From Schmidtea polychroa (taxonomy: Eukaryota): 64,000 nucleotides of DNA. Location of the stretch: positions 23,622,001-23,686,000 of the forward strand of contig CM097887.1 in assembly GCA_044892525.1 (NCBI GenBank), in the 5' to 3' direction. A model generated the notes under the pieces. That model saw nothing but the letters and a program-made list of their open reading frames with translations. It was not told where the DNA came from and did not search any database. Shown piece after piece: positions 14,401 to 28,355 of this stretch (position 1 is its first letter; each line of letters starts with the position of its first letter). Made by a program: the position numbers and the translations under genes.

Positions 14401-17400
14401 CCAAATTTATGGACGCTAACACCGTCATTATTCCCCGACCATTCCAGATTAACACTAAAATTCTTCGGTCTGGTCAGTGGTTTAATTAAAATTTACAATT
14501 TGACTTATATTTTCCAAATAAGCCAGAAACTAAACATATTATGCACAAGACCACAAAGATCTTAGATATATTGGTGGGCTAAATTCCAAGTTGAGACATT
14601 CGACAACACCGCCAGTGGAATCGTCTAGAGACTGACAGTATATATAATGAATAATTTTATAAAATTGACGTATAATGAATTTTTATCTTTTCTAATTAAC
14701 TTACAATGAATTGAATATATATTGTGTAAATGGAAATAGATTTGTTTTTATGAACACCATCTCTTTTCAAAATGCTCGGGAATTTTGTTTATTGTTTAAA
14801 TTGATTAGTTTAATAATTATTTAATTAATCACTTTAAAAAATTGAGGTCCTCTTTCAATTTTAAATTATTATATTTATACTTGTCTTTTCATTAGGTCAT
14901 ATCTGTTTTCCCCGAAAAATATTGACTTTTAAATTTTACATTTTTAATAAATTATTTTTACACAATTATATTTAGGATTTTGGTGTATTTTGTATTTTGA
15001 CAACTTTGCCAACAGTGATAATTTTTGTTATTATTTATGCAAATTTAAAAAAAAACATACGAATTTATAATTATTTTAATAAAAAATTTTATTTTGAATA
15101 CCAATATTTTTAATTACTAAAAGAAGAGATAAATAATTGTATTGTCATAATTACATGAGCTCCCAATGAAAACACTAAATGGGATCTCATTTGATCTAGT
15201 TACACCACAAAGTAGAATATTTTACATGATCGATTTAATTAATTTTTTTATTTTTTTAAAATTTTTTTTTAAAATTTTTTACTTTAAAAATGAATTAGAA
15301 AAAAAAATTGTTATGAATGAAGAACAGTTGGTATCGTAGTTCTTCGACAACAATATTGTCAAGGATCGAGCTGATTGTGATACTTCTAAGGTATCCATGT
15401 CTCTTAAAAAAAGTGAAAACGAATGGTTGGGGTTTGAATGGAGATGCCTTAATTATAGATGTCTAAAATACCAAACAACTCTCAGTTTGAGAAAGCACAG
15501 TTCTCTTGCAGATATCGCCATTCCAGCAAAACAACTTTCGAAGATCTTTTGCTATTGGTCACAAGGTCTAAACCAAAGCGAAATTTTAAAGATTTTGAAT
15601 GTATCCAGACCTACAATATCAAAGATTCGAAAACTGTTTATATCTAAAATCAGGGAGTATACATATATTAAGACTAGGTGGTCCTGGCACAATAGTTCAG
15701 TGTGACGAGCTTAATTTCAAAGTTAAAAGTCATCGGGAAAGAGGGCCGAGAGAGAAAAATTGGGCATCCACATCTCCTACCCGAGGCTTTGTTAAAATAA
15801 TAGAAAATCGGTCTAAAAGGGTGTTAATACCAATTATAGCAGAAGTATTTCGTGAAGGTTCTATTATACACACGGATGAATGGGCTAGTTATATCGGTTT
15901 TAATGATATAGACTAATATGATCATCAGTCTGTCATACACAAATATAATTTCGTTTGTCCGTTCAACGGGATTCATATCCAAAATGTGGAAAGCTACAAC
16001 ACAATTTTTTTAGATCATTTCCAATGCGATTCATACAACAAAATGATTGAGTTACTGCGGTTCAAGGCAAATCAAATTTGAGTTTAATTTGCATTTTATA
16101 GCTTTTAATTAAAAATTTTATTTTTATTGATATTTCTTACGGGTCATTTTTTTACATGATCCGAATATTTTAATAATTACCGTGAATTTTGTTAAAATTA
16201 ATACAGCTCCATCAATACATGGTTTACTATTGATAATAAGGTCATAAAATTCACACTTATCCTTCGCTCTGTTCTGTGAAAGAAGGCAAGAAGCAAGGAA
16301 AATCTGTACCAAACTTAAACCTGCTGGAGAAACCATCTAATTACTCATTCGCTTGTCCCAAAGAGTAACCAATATACTTGAAAATCTCTAATAATCCCGC
16401 CCCCTCTATCACAATTTAGAAAAAAGATGAAAATTTAAAATAATGAAAATATCAAATTGATAGATATTTATTTAAATTTTAGATTATATTCTTTATTAAA
16501 CCAAATCATCAATAAAATTTTGTAATTTATTTACTTGAAAATCTCTAATCATTTTTTTAAAATTTTTAAAATTTTTTTTTATGATACGGATCATCTTTTT
16601 TTAAATTTTTACCTCTTTCGTGTATTGAATTAATTCTAATATACAAGGTGACCAGTCTCATGCGTCAGAATCAATCGAATATTTGTAATGCGCATTATTT
16701 ACACTTATCACTTTTAAAGGCAATTTCAACAGTGTTTAAAGCGCACTACCGAAAGACCAAAGGATTCGAAACACTGAAATTTTCAAAGGAGGTTCGAAAG
16801 AAATTCAAACAATTCAGGGATCGAACCCGAGTGTGTTGGAAAGACTTCTGGCGATGCTTCCAGATTAATGATTTTTAAATGATTTTACTAATATACATAC
16901 TTCTATACTCATTACATCTGATGCGCTCATTTCTTTTCTAAATCCCCATGAATATTTATCCAAAGTAAAACAGTTTTCCCATTTATGATTCACTAATTTC
17001 CCTGGATTGTATCTGTCCTGGCAGGTATAAAATCCTCCGTGTTTACATGCTGTATCAATACCCCATCGGTCATTAGTAACAACTGTATCTTTGACTGGGC
17101 TGTCATTGTAAAGCCAAGCTAAGAATTCGGTTGAATTCCAGTAAGTATCATTAGCTTCCCAGTCTCCATCAGACCAAATAACATCCGGTTTATATCTCTT
17201 TACGATTTCATAAAGTTCTGGCAAAGTTTTATCTCTGACAAATAGATTGGTTTTAAATTTATTATTTTTATCACTCAAATATAGAGGATGAAACCATTCA
17301 AAAAGAGAATGGTATAATCCAAAAATAAGTTTTGTTCGATTTCTTATTGAAGTGCCGAGCTTTTCAACCAAATCCATGTTAGGACCAATATCTATTGAAT

Positions 17401-18128
17401 TCCAATTCCAGGAATATTTCGAATTCCAATTGCAATATCCTTCATGATGTTTTGAAGTCAATACCACGTATTTAGCTCCAGATGCATTAAATAGATCAGC
17501 CCATTTATCTGGATCGAATCTTTCAGCACGAAATTCTTTTGCAAAATTAGCATATGTAAATGATGGAGGATAATTATTAGCCATAAATTTGCCATAATTT
17601 GTCATGTTCACTCCCTGCCAGTACCACCAGAACCATTCACCAGCATGTGTGAAATCCCTAAAAATATTAATTATTTAAAATCATACACATTTGCAATAAG
17701 AAAACATTTTTATCAATAATAATTATTATTATTATTATATCGTAAACAAGTAAATAATAATATAAGCCTTTTGCTGTAAAATATGTATTAAAAAGAATTA
17801 TCTTATAATCGAAATTTTTGTCATTTAATATATACTTTTCACTAAAAAAGCTTATTTTATCATTTACTTGTTTAGCATTTAATTTAAGCTGCTACCAAGA
17901 AAGCATCGTTTTATATTATTATAATAATTATATTTAAAATTACAATTCTCACCCGAAACCTGGGACAGAAAAAACTCCCCAATGGATAAATATCCCTATT
18001 TTAGCTTCGTCGTACCAGTTAGGAAGAGGGCGGCTATCCAATGATTTCCAGTCAGGGGAGTATCGAACTGCATTGCAATTGGCATAAAGAGCAAATACTG
18101 AGCTAACTATCCAGATTGAAAATAACAT
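11485..18128 (-). CDS. FUCA: Alpha-L-fucosidase (GH29), 3 exons, 463 aa, intact
   Basis: Exon 1 18128-17953 (signal peptide [20 protein letters not shown], then [38 protein letters not shown]). Exon 2 17657-16901 ([15 protein letters not shown], nucleophile WSDGD, NDRWG). Exon 3 11943-11485 ([11 protein letters not shown] ... TGA). All GT-AG with matching phases; 1392 nt in total. FUCA1 versus FUCA2 is not resolved. Confidence 0.96.
13400..15030. repeat. Imperfect foldback / non-autonomous TIR element in FUCA intron 2
   Basis: AATATTTTTCGGGAGAAATGGATAT (13538-13562) is an imperfect inverted copy of 14899-14923, with weaker inverted similarity on either side. Ends are not defined. Confidence 0.4.
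15313..16000 (+). mobile_element. Merlin (IS1595/ISXO2-like) transposase pseudogene in FUCA intron 2
   Basis: FEWRC zinc-ribbon remnant, [52 protein letters not shown]. Frameshifts and stops present. Confidence 0.88.
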
Positions 18129-18198
18129 AATAAATGATTAAATCAATAAGAATCACTGTTTGAAGTGCAAAATCAATGTCCAACAGACAAATTATATT

Positions 18199-18348
18199 NN
18201 NNNNNNNNNNNNNNNNNNNNNNNNNNNNNNNNNNNNNNNNNNNNNNNNNNNNNNNNNNNNNNNNNNNNNNNNNNNNNNNNNNNNNNNNNNNNNNNNNNNN
18301 NNNNNNNNNNNNNNNNNNNNNNNNNNNNNNNNNNNNNNNNNNNNNNNN
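18199..18348. other. Assembly gap (150 N) just upstream of the FUCA start codon
   Basis: N run. Confidence 1.
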
Positions 18349-18814
18349 TTTTATCAATAATTATTGGGCATAATTGGTGTGATCGTAAAAGAATGGGCCA
18401 AATCCGTGACGGTAAAGCTAATGTAGACAATGTAAGAGTCAAATTGCGTCACTGAGAAAATCAATTAATAATGAAAAAACTATCGGTAAAAATATGTAAC
18501 AAAGACTCAATATAAAAACATTTCGTTAATAATTATTTACAAAAAATACTTTTTGATGATGTACTTAAACCACAGAGCCAAAAGGCTGACACGTGACTGT
18601 GGCGCCGAATTCTTTCACATTGTTTCTCTTAATGCCGGTGTACTAGTGATACAGTGTACTTTTTGGACACGTTTTACTGTAATTACATATAAGAGTTGAT
18701 AAATGTTAAGTATTGTTAATAGAAAAATCGCACTGTGTGAAAGGGTTAACTAACTTTATTTAAAGTAATCTAAAATTTCACTATTATAATAATTTGTTTC
18801 AATTTATTATTTTA

Positions 18815-21268
18815 AATCCCGGGATCCCGGAAAAAATTGCTCGGGATTCCGGGATTTTGTTCCAGTTTTTTTCTTTACGAATTCGAACCTTCTGTTGAAA
18901 ATATTTCCATTTATTTTGAATATAATTTAGTTTCAAAGGAAAAATTGAAGAGTGTTTTTTATAATTCGACAGAATTAACGATTCGGATATGAAAAGCTCT
19001 AATTTAAAAAAAACCCTAGAAAGTTCTATGATTTTTCTCTTATTGAATCTCCAAAAATACTTTGCCCCTCGTTTTTTATTCTGAACTTGCTCTATGTTTT
19101 CTTTTGTATAATTTATAATTGAAAAATTTGTCGTGTATTTTCTGGATTGAAAAAATTATTTAACAGTAAATCACTGTCAGTGATTCAAACTTTGAATTTC
19201 GAAGCTAGTATATTTTGGTAAGTAGGGCTTGAAATGATTCATAATTTGATCTTTTATTGATGTTAACGTGAAATAATTATAATCATTTTTTAGAAAATGT
19301 CAGACGACTGGAAATACTACAAAAAAGATGGTAATGATCATGCAATTTGTAATGAATGTTTTAGCAAATTGAAAACAAAAGGAGGTTCAACAAAAGGTTT
19401 ATGGACTCATTTAAAGACCACCCATCCAGACGTCTTGAAAAACAGCCAAGCAACATCAACAAAAAGGAAAAATTATTCGGATCCTGAACCCACAAAGAAA
19501 TCAAAAACCAGTCATTCAATAGATTCGTATTTCTACAAAGAAACTCTCGGTGAGATTTTGGCGAAATTTGCAGCGAAAAATGGTTTTTCCATACACGCAA
19601 TTTTGAATTCAGAGCCAGAGAAAAAAATGGAAATGCCCAACAGTCCATTAACAGTAGCAAGTTTAATCTATGAATTCTATGAGCACAAAAAAAGTGAAAC
19701 TATTCAAAAATTGAAAAAGAGACAGGAAATTGGTGGAAAATATTCAATAAGCATCGATGAATGGTCAGATTGTCAACAACGCAAATATTTGAATACTACA
19801 TTACACGAGCCTGAAGAAGACAATGTTTTGGGATTGAAATCTGTGGAAGGATCATGTGACGCCGAAAGGTCAACTGATCTTGTCACAGAACTTTTAGATG
19901 AATTCGAATTGGATTTGGAATATGATATTGTAGCATCCAGCAATGACGGAGCTGCAGTAATGGTGAAATATGGAAAACTCAACAAAAATATTTATCAAAT
20001 CTGCTACAATCACGCTATTCATAATTCTGTGGTGAAAGTTTTCTATGAAAATAAATCAACTCACGTTGATTCAGAAATTGGTCAAGAAATTGAGGTCGTA
20101 GAAGACGAAGATGACACCGAATATGAGGGATCAAAAGGCCGAAATGCATTTTTCAATGATTTGGATTCAGAACCAGATTACACAGAAGTTCAGAGCATTA
20201 GTGAGGTGTTGAAGCAAACTAGAAAAATTGTCAAGTTCTTTAAATACTCGTCTGTTCGCAAATAAATTTTTTAAAAGCATGTATTGAAACAAGAAGGCAA
20301 AAACTTGAATCTAATTTTGGATTGTAAAATAAGATGGAAATCTACAGATCAAATAGTTGCACGATTCATAAAGCTTGAGAAACCTATCAATGATACGCTA
20401 ATAGAAATTGGTCAAGAAATTTTACCCAAAGAACATTTCAGTATTCTGACAACAATTAGCCAAATACTTGCACCTGCTGCTGAAGTCATTAATGAGCTAA
20501 GCAAAAACAACAGCGATTTGTTAACTGCTGAAGGTTCGATTGCATACTTATTTGAGACCCTGAATGAAAATCAACATCCGCTTGCTGCAGAGCTCGTATC
20601 AGAATTGAAAGACAAACTTTTAGCTCGACGAAACAAAAAAGTCGTGTCTTTGTTATATTTCCTTCACAATGGTACATATGCAAAAAGAAATAAGTTCTTG
20701 GAGTATTCAAGCAAAGAAGAAGTTAAATCATTTGCCGAACCATTACACCAAAAGTTTTCTTTAAACAATAAAGAAAGGGAAACCTCAAGCTCAGAAGACG
20801 AAACACAACTTGACAAAACTATGCAGAGAGAAAATAAGCTACAGGAATCAATTAACAAAGTTTTGAATACAAAGAAAGTTTCAAATAAAGTTTCTATCAA
20901 AAATGAGATGTCACAATATGAAAGTTCTGGTACTAAATCTGCAAATTTGGAAAAGTTATATGATTCTTTATTGACAATTAAACCAACATCAACAGCTTCT
21001 GAACGAATTTTTTCCATATCTGGATTCATTTGCTCTAAAATTCGAAATCGAATGTCAACAAGAATGCTGAACGCTTTAGTATTTTTACGATATTATTTTT
21101 TAAAGAAAATCGAAAAGTAGATGTTTAAAGAGAAAACTTAATTTACAATAATTTATGCAAAATCTTTAGTTTTGATAGTAATAAAAAATTATTTGATATA
21201 AAAATTTAGAAAAATCATAAAAATTTATTTAAAAATACATGAAAATCCTGGGATTTTTGGAAACCCTA
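18815..21268 (+). mobile_element. hAT element (hobo/Ac-like) with near-complete transposase 19297-21120
   Basis: BED finger (WKYY..CNEC..LWTHLKTTH), IDEWSD, NDGAA, CYNHAIH, TSTASERIFS. ORFs 19297-20265 and 20284-21120 are in one frame, split by TAA stops at 20263 and 20272. AATCCCGGGATCCCGG subterminal motifs on the left; right end GGAAACCCTA at 21268. Confidence 0.92.
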
Positions 21269-21310
21269 TACTTAACCATATAAAGTTTTTGATATTTTTA
21301 CTCTCTATAT

Positions 21311-23549
21311 CAGGGGTTCTCAAACCTTTTCTTCCATAGACCCCTTGTAGGAATTTTATTTTTTTCNNNNNNNNNNNNNNNNNNNNNNNNNNNNNNNNNN
21401 NNNNNNNNNNNNNNNNNNNNNNNNNNNNNNNNNNNNNNNNNNNNNNNNNNNNNNNNNNNNNNNNNNNNNNNNNNNNNNNNNNNNNNNNNNNNNNNNNNNN
21501 NNNNNNNNNNNNNNNNACGACTCGTTTTAAAACACATAGTAATAGGAAAATGAGGGGAAATTGTACAGAAGAAAGAAACTGAAATATCAATAATTATATC
21601 TATATTTTTAATGATTAAATTTAACATTCCCAATTAACAGAATTCAATTTCAAGAAAATAGTAATGTATAATAGTATTTTAAGTTAAAAAGGGTTTAAGT
21701 AAGTAAATCTAAAAAAAATTAAGAAAAGTCCATGGAAACCATAATAATAATAAATAAAACAAATAATATTACCGTAAAAATAGCTGCATATTAATGAATA
21801 ACAAAACTGTCAATCATCAAATATCAGCCAAATAAAAAATGTGAGTTTTGAATTTTAATAGTTGAATAGCCATAGTATTGTCATTTTCAAGGAAAAACTC
21901 AACAACTGAACTAAAAATATTAATAAATCGCTGCAAACAGCTGCCTTTAGAGAGCCAGCGTACTTCCGTATGAAGAAGAAAATTGTTGTACACTTCATCA
22001 TTTTGGTCACACAATTGGGCAAAAAGGCGGGAATTCAGTGCTTTTGCTCTTATACTATTGATTGCTTTAATGTACAGATTTAAAATATTATGTAGTTCTT
22101 CGTGAATATTCTTAGCTACTAAGTGCTGTCTATGCAAGAAACAATGAACTGTCCAGATTTCGGGTACTAGGAATCCTCGATATTTTCCAACCATCGAAGG
22201 AGCTCCATCAGAAGAAGCGGCAATAATGTTTTTTATAGGAATATCATATTGTTTTAAAATATTTTCAAAACAATAAAATATATCTTCTCCTTTAGTATAC
22301 GTTTCAAGAGACTTGGCACAAAATAACTCCTCGATTATTTCTTCCTTTGAACAACTATAATAGCGTACGTATAACATTAAAATACTATTCCTGCCGAAAG
22401 TTGACTCGTCCAGCTGTTTACTTGTTCTTAATTCTGTTATTAATTGCAGTTCTATATTTTCTGCCATTTCATATATTCGTCGTTGAACTGTGTTATTTGA
22501 CCGCGGCAAACTTTGCAAGACAGGTTTGTCATTTTGATTCAAAGCAGTTATTACTTCGCTAATAACTGGTAATAATAAATTCTCTCCTATCGTGTGCGGA
22601 TATCCACCGTTGGCAATTAAGTAAGCAATTTTGTAGGAAGCTTCGAGGCCTGCTTCGACATTTTTTGATGTTGAAGGTTTCATAAAAGATTTGATTCCTT
22701 TATTTGAGCGTGTTAAAAAGTTGCATTTTAGATTTTTGAAGTACATGTCTTTTTTATCAACATGCATCCTATTCAAATGATCTTTTAGTTTGGAAGGTTT
22801 CATATAGTTATTGGTGAAACATTTTTCACAAATGAGGCATAAGGGCATTGATGAATTGACCGGAGCTACCACAAACCAAAACTTTAAATATTCCTCTGAA
22901 TATTGACGGATTTTTCTCTTTTCTGTTGACATGTTGTAAAAAAATAAATTAAACGGCAAAAATAAATTAACTAGATTGCAAAAATAATTATTTAAAGGGC
23001 AAAACAAATTAATTAAATGACAAAAGCAAGTTAAAGCTAAAATGAAGAAAAGAAACACTTACTTTTCTTTTAGAAGTAAACTTCAAAAAATAATCACAAA
23101 ACTGATCACACACAAAATAAAAAAAAACTAACTGGACTAATCAAATTTAACATAAGTTACTGTTCAAAACTAAAAATTGTACAGTAAATAACACTCAGAT
23201 TACATTTAAAAACAAGCTAGTAACATGTTTTTGCCGGTTGAAGGGGCAGGTGGTATGGTGGGGGGTTTTAATTTCGGGATTAAACTCTCATATCAAAACA
23301 TTGGACATATTTTCAAAACATACTTTTCCATTACTCATGCTCACTTCCTCCCCAAATCTAGTTTATATTTACTTATTACTTTTATTACAATACGAATACC
23401 TTAATATTCATTTATAAATATTATTTTATTTATTCATTTATTTTTATTTTTTATTTATAAATTTATTTTTTATTAAAGAGACATCCATAGACCCCTTGGT
23501 GATCATATAACCCCCAGGGGGTCCACATGAACCCCTTTGAGAATAGCTG
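21311..23549 (-). mobile_element. hAT (Charlie/ZBED5-like) element with TIRs and 8 bp TSD; 3'-truncated transposase (Met 22932 to 21817)
   Basis: CAGGGGTTCTCAAA ... TTTGAGAATAGCTG. TSD CTCTATAT (21303-21310) / CTTTATAT (23550-23557). Protein has RQYSEEYLKF, CLIC, LDEST, SDGAPSM, HCFLHRQHL, HTEVRWLSKG. Contains gap 21367-21516. Confidence 0.9.
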
Positions 23550-24814
23550 CTTTATATTAACTTCGCGTTTGATTGATTGATTGTACCACGCAAATTTTGC
23601 GACGGCAAATTAACTCACTTCCTGTGATAGGATCGAGCTGAAATTAGGCAGATTGATTCGTTCTATCAAAATTTCAGATGGATGGAATGTAATTGAAACT
23701 AAAATTTTAAAATTTTGAATTTGTATGCAGAAATATTGCTAAACCCCTGAAATGTTAAATTTTAAAGATTTTTCGAATTTTTGAAATGTTTTAATGCAAA
23801 AATCATCTGTCTGTGAAGCTCGAGTTGCAAAAGAAAGAGAAAAACGGAAACTAAAAAAACAACAGGAATCACCAATGTTGATTACGTTTGGCGAAAAAAA
23901 GTAACACAATCGACGACCGACGACAAGATGAATCGCCAACATCTCGCAAATTACAGTTCTCAATTCAACGCGCAATTAATGCCAGTTGAAGCGTAAATGG
24001 CAGTTTCTGTGTATGGCCATCGAATTTGTGAGGTTTGGCCACAAGTGTTGTTATGCAAATCAAGTTTCGAACTACAGATTTGGTGAAAGATCTCCCAATT
24101 ATCTTTCCATGGAACTTTCCAACAAAAAAAACTCATCCGCAGTCCAAAAAGACAACAAGCTAAATCATACTGGAACAACCTTGATCCCGATAAGATTCCT
24201 GAAGAGATCCGAAGTCCGATTGCTAGCTCGCATCATTCCGTTTTTGAAGATCGTCAAGTACGGTGGCATCTTCGGACAATATTGCTTCAAGGGTCAAGCT
24301 ATTGTTGGACTCAAGGTCATGAGAATCAGAATGGAGCTGAAAGGATTGGAAATGGAAATGAATCGTTAAAAAACTGAGCATTTTACAAATAAACTAAAAA
24401 TCAAATATTCCATTAAGTAAAATCGGGAAAAATAACTAAGCAAGAGAATTAAATAGTAAAACAATATATTAAAACAACAAGAAACCTAAATAAGAAAATC
24501 ACGAATAAGGAACAACAAACGACAAACCAAATAAACCTATAAACCAATAAAATAAAATAATAAAATAATATAATGGAATAACGATCGAAAACTAAAAACA
24601 ACCAAAATTTAGCATAAAAACTTGAAATAAAAACAAAAAGAGGCAAAATAACAAAACACAAGCGGAATTATTATCAGAAATTCACCAAAAAATGCGGAAA
24701 AATAAGAATTAAATAACCAAATAAGATAATTAAAAAAACAAATAAAGAATTTATAAAAACAAATAAAAAACCCCAAAATAAGGGAAAATAGTAAAATTAC
24801 AAACTAACTAAGTC

Positions 24815-24840
24815 CTGATTGGATGAAAATTATTATATAA
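24815..24840 (+). promoter_or_regulatory. Inverted CCAAT box plus TATA box of LTR-A
   Basis: CTGATTGG 24815-24822 and TATATAA 24834-24840 at the end of a ~450 bp A-rich tract; mirrored in LTR-B. Confidence 0.65.
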
Positions 24841-26966
24841 GGCGGCCGTTAAGTTAGTTAAGTAACTTCTAAAAATTCATAACAGGTAAAAGCTTTTTTA
24901 TTAAAATCACAGTAACTTCTAAAAATTCATAACAGGACGATCCATCGACTTTAGCAAACAATTAATCAACTCCAAAAAATTCCATACAGGAACTCTAAAC
25001 GGAAACTTCTAGAAACCATAACAGATCAACTCAACTATTTAACAATTATTTTCGAGAAAACAATTACGAATTACAAATATTCATAAAAGGAACTAGAATT
25101 TCAGAAAACTCCAATAAACGATATCCATTCAGCTCCATTTTGAGAATATTCATTGAGAGAAATCAAATCGGATCCAAAAGTAAATATGAATTATGATTTA
25201 TTCATTTTTAAGAAAGATTTATGATATGATGATATTTGTAATTATATGAGTAAAATATTATCCTAATTTAACAATTTTCCATTCTCTCTTCACGGGGATG
25301 CCGGCGACGATATTTTCTGAACATCTGCACATGAGCTCTGAAGTCGTCCAGGAATTTATGATGAACAGAAAATCTATTATGCAATTCCCAATAAAATGGA
25401 ATGTCATCGATAGTAATGATCGAGAATCAGAAGGACAAAATTATATCCATAAAATGTTCTGCTATAGATGTATGAATCAAGAGAGACCATAACGTTTCCA
25501 ATGAAAATCCTGACGATGAGTATCATGAGCGGATTTCAGAGAATGTGGTCACTGGTAAGAGTTTATATATATGATAAATAATTATTTCATTATATTTTGA
25601 TTTCCTGAATTTATTGTAAAAATTTTATATAAGGGTCAAACCGTCTGGCATGGTAGTCCGAAAGTAGTTGGTACTTGTACCGGTGGTTTTCGGGTGGATC
25701 ATGAAAGGTGGTAAGACAAATACCGACTTTATAGATTTGCGATTTTAATGAGAGGCGATTTTGTGTATCATCTTCGAGGTGCAATCACCGGTCAAAACAC
25801 TAACAACACGAATTTTAGATGCTAAAGTATAGATTCCACAATAATTTCAAATCGATAGAAACTCTGATCTATAGGGTTCATGAAAAGTGAAGGTTTGAGA
25901 TCATGGTTTGCAGTGATAGGATATTTTTGATCAAACAAAATTTTGTAAGAGCAATTCATACACAGAGTAGCATTCATCACAATCTTGAGTCAAATAAAAT
26001 CCCACATTCGTTGTATTATAGGGCCAGCCGATGACTTCCTATTTCGATAGAGAACTCCAATTTTTCGATGAACCGTCCTGACGTAGATAGACATCAGAAA
26101 GTCATTGTCGTCCCGAAAAACTTCGGTCGGCATTAATTTCCTCGAATGACACGAGCGATTCGGTAATGAGATAAACAATTTCCACTCATCCATAAACCTC
26201 GAATTACAATAAATTGTTTATAGGTCACATAAACATAGAACGAAAAGTTTATATAAAACGTAAATTGTAATTTCCACAATTTAATACGCGTCTTCCAGGA
26301 TGTAGTTCATACTAATAAATTTTCGGAATTTGTATCATCATTTCACCGACTAATACAATACCAACGCTGCGGGATACTATCAACACAAGTTCAACCATAA
26401 ACACGGTAAATACAATAACTCTATTTCCGTCTGACATTATGATCGACAATTAAGTAAATAAACCACTGTAAATTGGAAATCATGTAATCAAAATCAAATG
26501 CACAAGTAGACGTCTTGGATTCAGCATAATTACGATGGAGTATTATAAACATCCAGCTACAAAAGGACACATAATTAAGATGATTTTTATTTATTAAACA
26601 TTAACGTAATTCCACCTAATAATAATTAAGGCAAATGAAAGATTATGCGATAATTTTTAAATTAACATAATTGATAAAGGGACGGAGGACTTATTAATGT
26701 TTTATTGCGGGAATAAATTGATAAACAATTCACAATTATAGCTATACGGTTTTTAATTAGAAATTAGAGTTAAAAATTGATCAAATCCTTCCCAAGAGTA
26801 AATGCTAAGCAAGTAAATGTGTTACGAGTTGAAGGTACGACTAAAATATACTAATAACTTCTCTGATCCGAACGTTTGTTGTTTCTTTCAAATCGACGAG
26901 CGAGCATATCGATCCATTGTTTAACTAGGTATTTAGCAGGACTATAATCCATTACTTCTTTCAGTT

Positions 26967-27742
26967 ATGACAGAATCAAACCCAGCTATTCGCAGTTTAA
27001 AACCTTGATAATCCTGCTCAGACAAGAATATGGACATTAAAAAACTTCAAGAGCATATAGGGGTCCTGAAAAAGCGTATCGAAACGCTCGAACACACGTG
27101 GTTCTCCCCGCCACAGATGAAAGAGGAAAAATGAAAGTCCTCAGATTAAAACACTGTCGGGACAGTTTGTTGGAGGAAAGCCGCTGTCTGAGCGTCTGAC
27201 AATTAAGGCACAATCTGAAGCCTTACATAAAATCTATACAGATTCGGAAATACAGAAACGGGTGAGAGAATACCCAATTAAAGATTGGACCAACATCTTT
27301 CCTAGCCACCATCAAATTGAAGAACTCAAAGCGTCTGAACTAGCAAGTTGCTCGGGACATGGACCCATGTTCCCAGAAATTTCAACACCGCTTCTAAGCA
27401 CAACATCAAAGGAACCAACTTCTGTCGCACCCAGTCTTCATAACCCTTCTAACGACATTTCTGATTCCAATGCCGAGAAAGAGGCAAATGCGATCCCAAA
27501 GAAGCGAAAGCGGCCTTGAGAGCCGAGCGGACGGCAAAGCGAAGGGAAAAAATGGAAACCCTGGAAGCCACGTTATTTGCGGATCAGTCAGCTATTGAAA
27601 AAATCAACACTAAACAATCAATCAATCAAAGACACTCCCTGATAACTTCAGAGTGATTTCCTCAATAACTACAGTACCTCCGACGGACCCTTGGTTGCAA
27701 GTTGATATAGATGCGCTGTTAACTGAAGGGGAAATGACATAA
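26967..27742 (+). pseudogene. Degenerate paralog of the LTR-B ORF
   Basis: TTTCAG acceptor 2 nt before the ATG. Gives SCSDKN...IKKLQEHIG..KKRIETLEHTWFSPPQMKE...HCRDSLLEESR...QSEALHKIY..NIFPSHH...KKRKR...VDIDALL, with stops and frameshifts. Confidence 0.85.
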
Positions 27743-28233
27743 ATCTCTGCATGGGTCGAGCCGATGCAATTCGCAAAGTATCTTGTAAATAGCATGTGCG
27801 GAAATGCTGCAAATTTCATCGAGACATTCATAAAACTGATCTTGTTTTCATTAACTAATTTAGCTAAGTGTTTTTGATGTGATTAAATTAATATATTTGC
27901 TATGGTGTTTGACTTCTAATGATAGTTAGTATGCTTCAACCGTTTGCCTTGATGGAGATGTTTTCCTTATTCCCGAAACTGGAATATTGTCAGTGTAACC
28001 GGCGCTACTGGCTCGTTTCATTTTCCAGGCGTCGATCTGCCTTCATTTATAATAACATATTAGCATTCTAGTTTGCCGTTCATGGATTTCGTCGATACCG
28101 GTTCAAATTTCTCACTAGGGTGTACATCAAGGTGATTGAATATATTGACAGGGAGACGAGTATGTCTGAGTTTAGTGACGAAAGTGAGAGATATAAAACA
28201 TCGGACCAGGGACGTGAGAATGATGTTAAGGGA

Positions 28234-28355
28234 TAAGTCCTTCTATCGGCACCCGCAAACCTGAACCGAGAAGACTGTGGAGAGTAGTCCTAACATAGGG
28301 GCTCACCTGTCCACCGATTATGACCTGCGTATATATTTCCAACATGAATCATCTC
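28234..28355 (+). other. Conserved structured element near the 3' end of LTR-A
   Basis: TAAGTCCTTCTATCGGC (28234-28250), then GTGGA-GAGTAGTCCTAACA-TAGG-GGCTCA-CCTG-TCCAC (28277-28314); homologous to 43771-43855. Confidence 0.7.

Noticed and set aside
18103-18455. ORFs spanning N-gaps (also 21225-21633 and 44379-44815)
   Set aside because: Artefacts of translating through Ns.
18731-18749. piggyBac-like terminus (CACTGTGTGAAAGGG-TTAA)
   Set aside because: Only one end is visible and the partner may lie in the gap; no transposase evidence.
22933-23058. Hydrophobic N-terminal extension of the hAT transposase ORF 21817-23058
   Set aside because: AT-rich UTR read in frame; homology begins at MSTEKRKIRQY (22932).
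25990-26193. Conserved antisense ORF in both LTRs (versus ~41280-41460)
   Set aside because: Similarity is limited to a few acidic residues and the LTR-B frame is not open.
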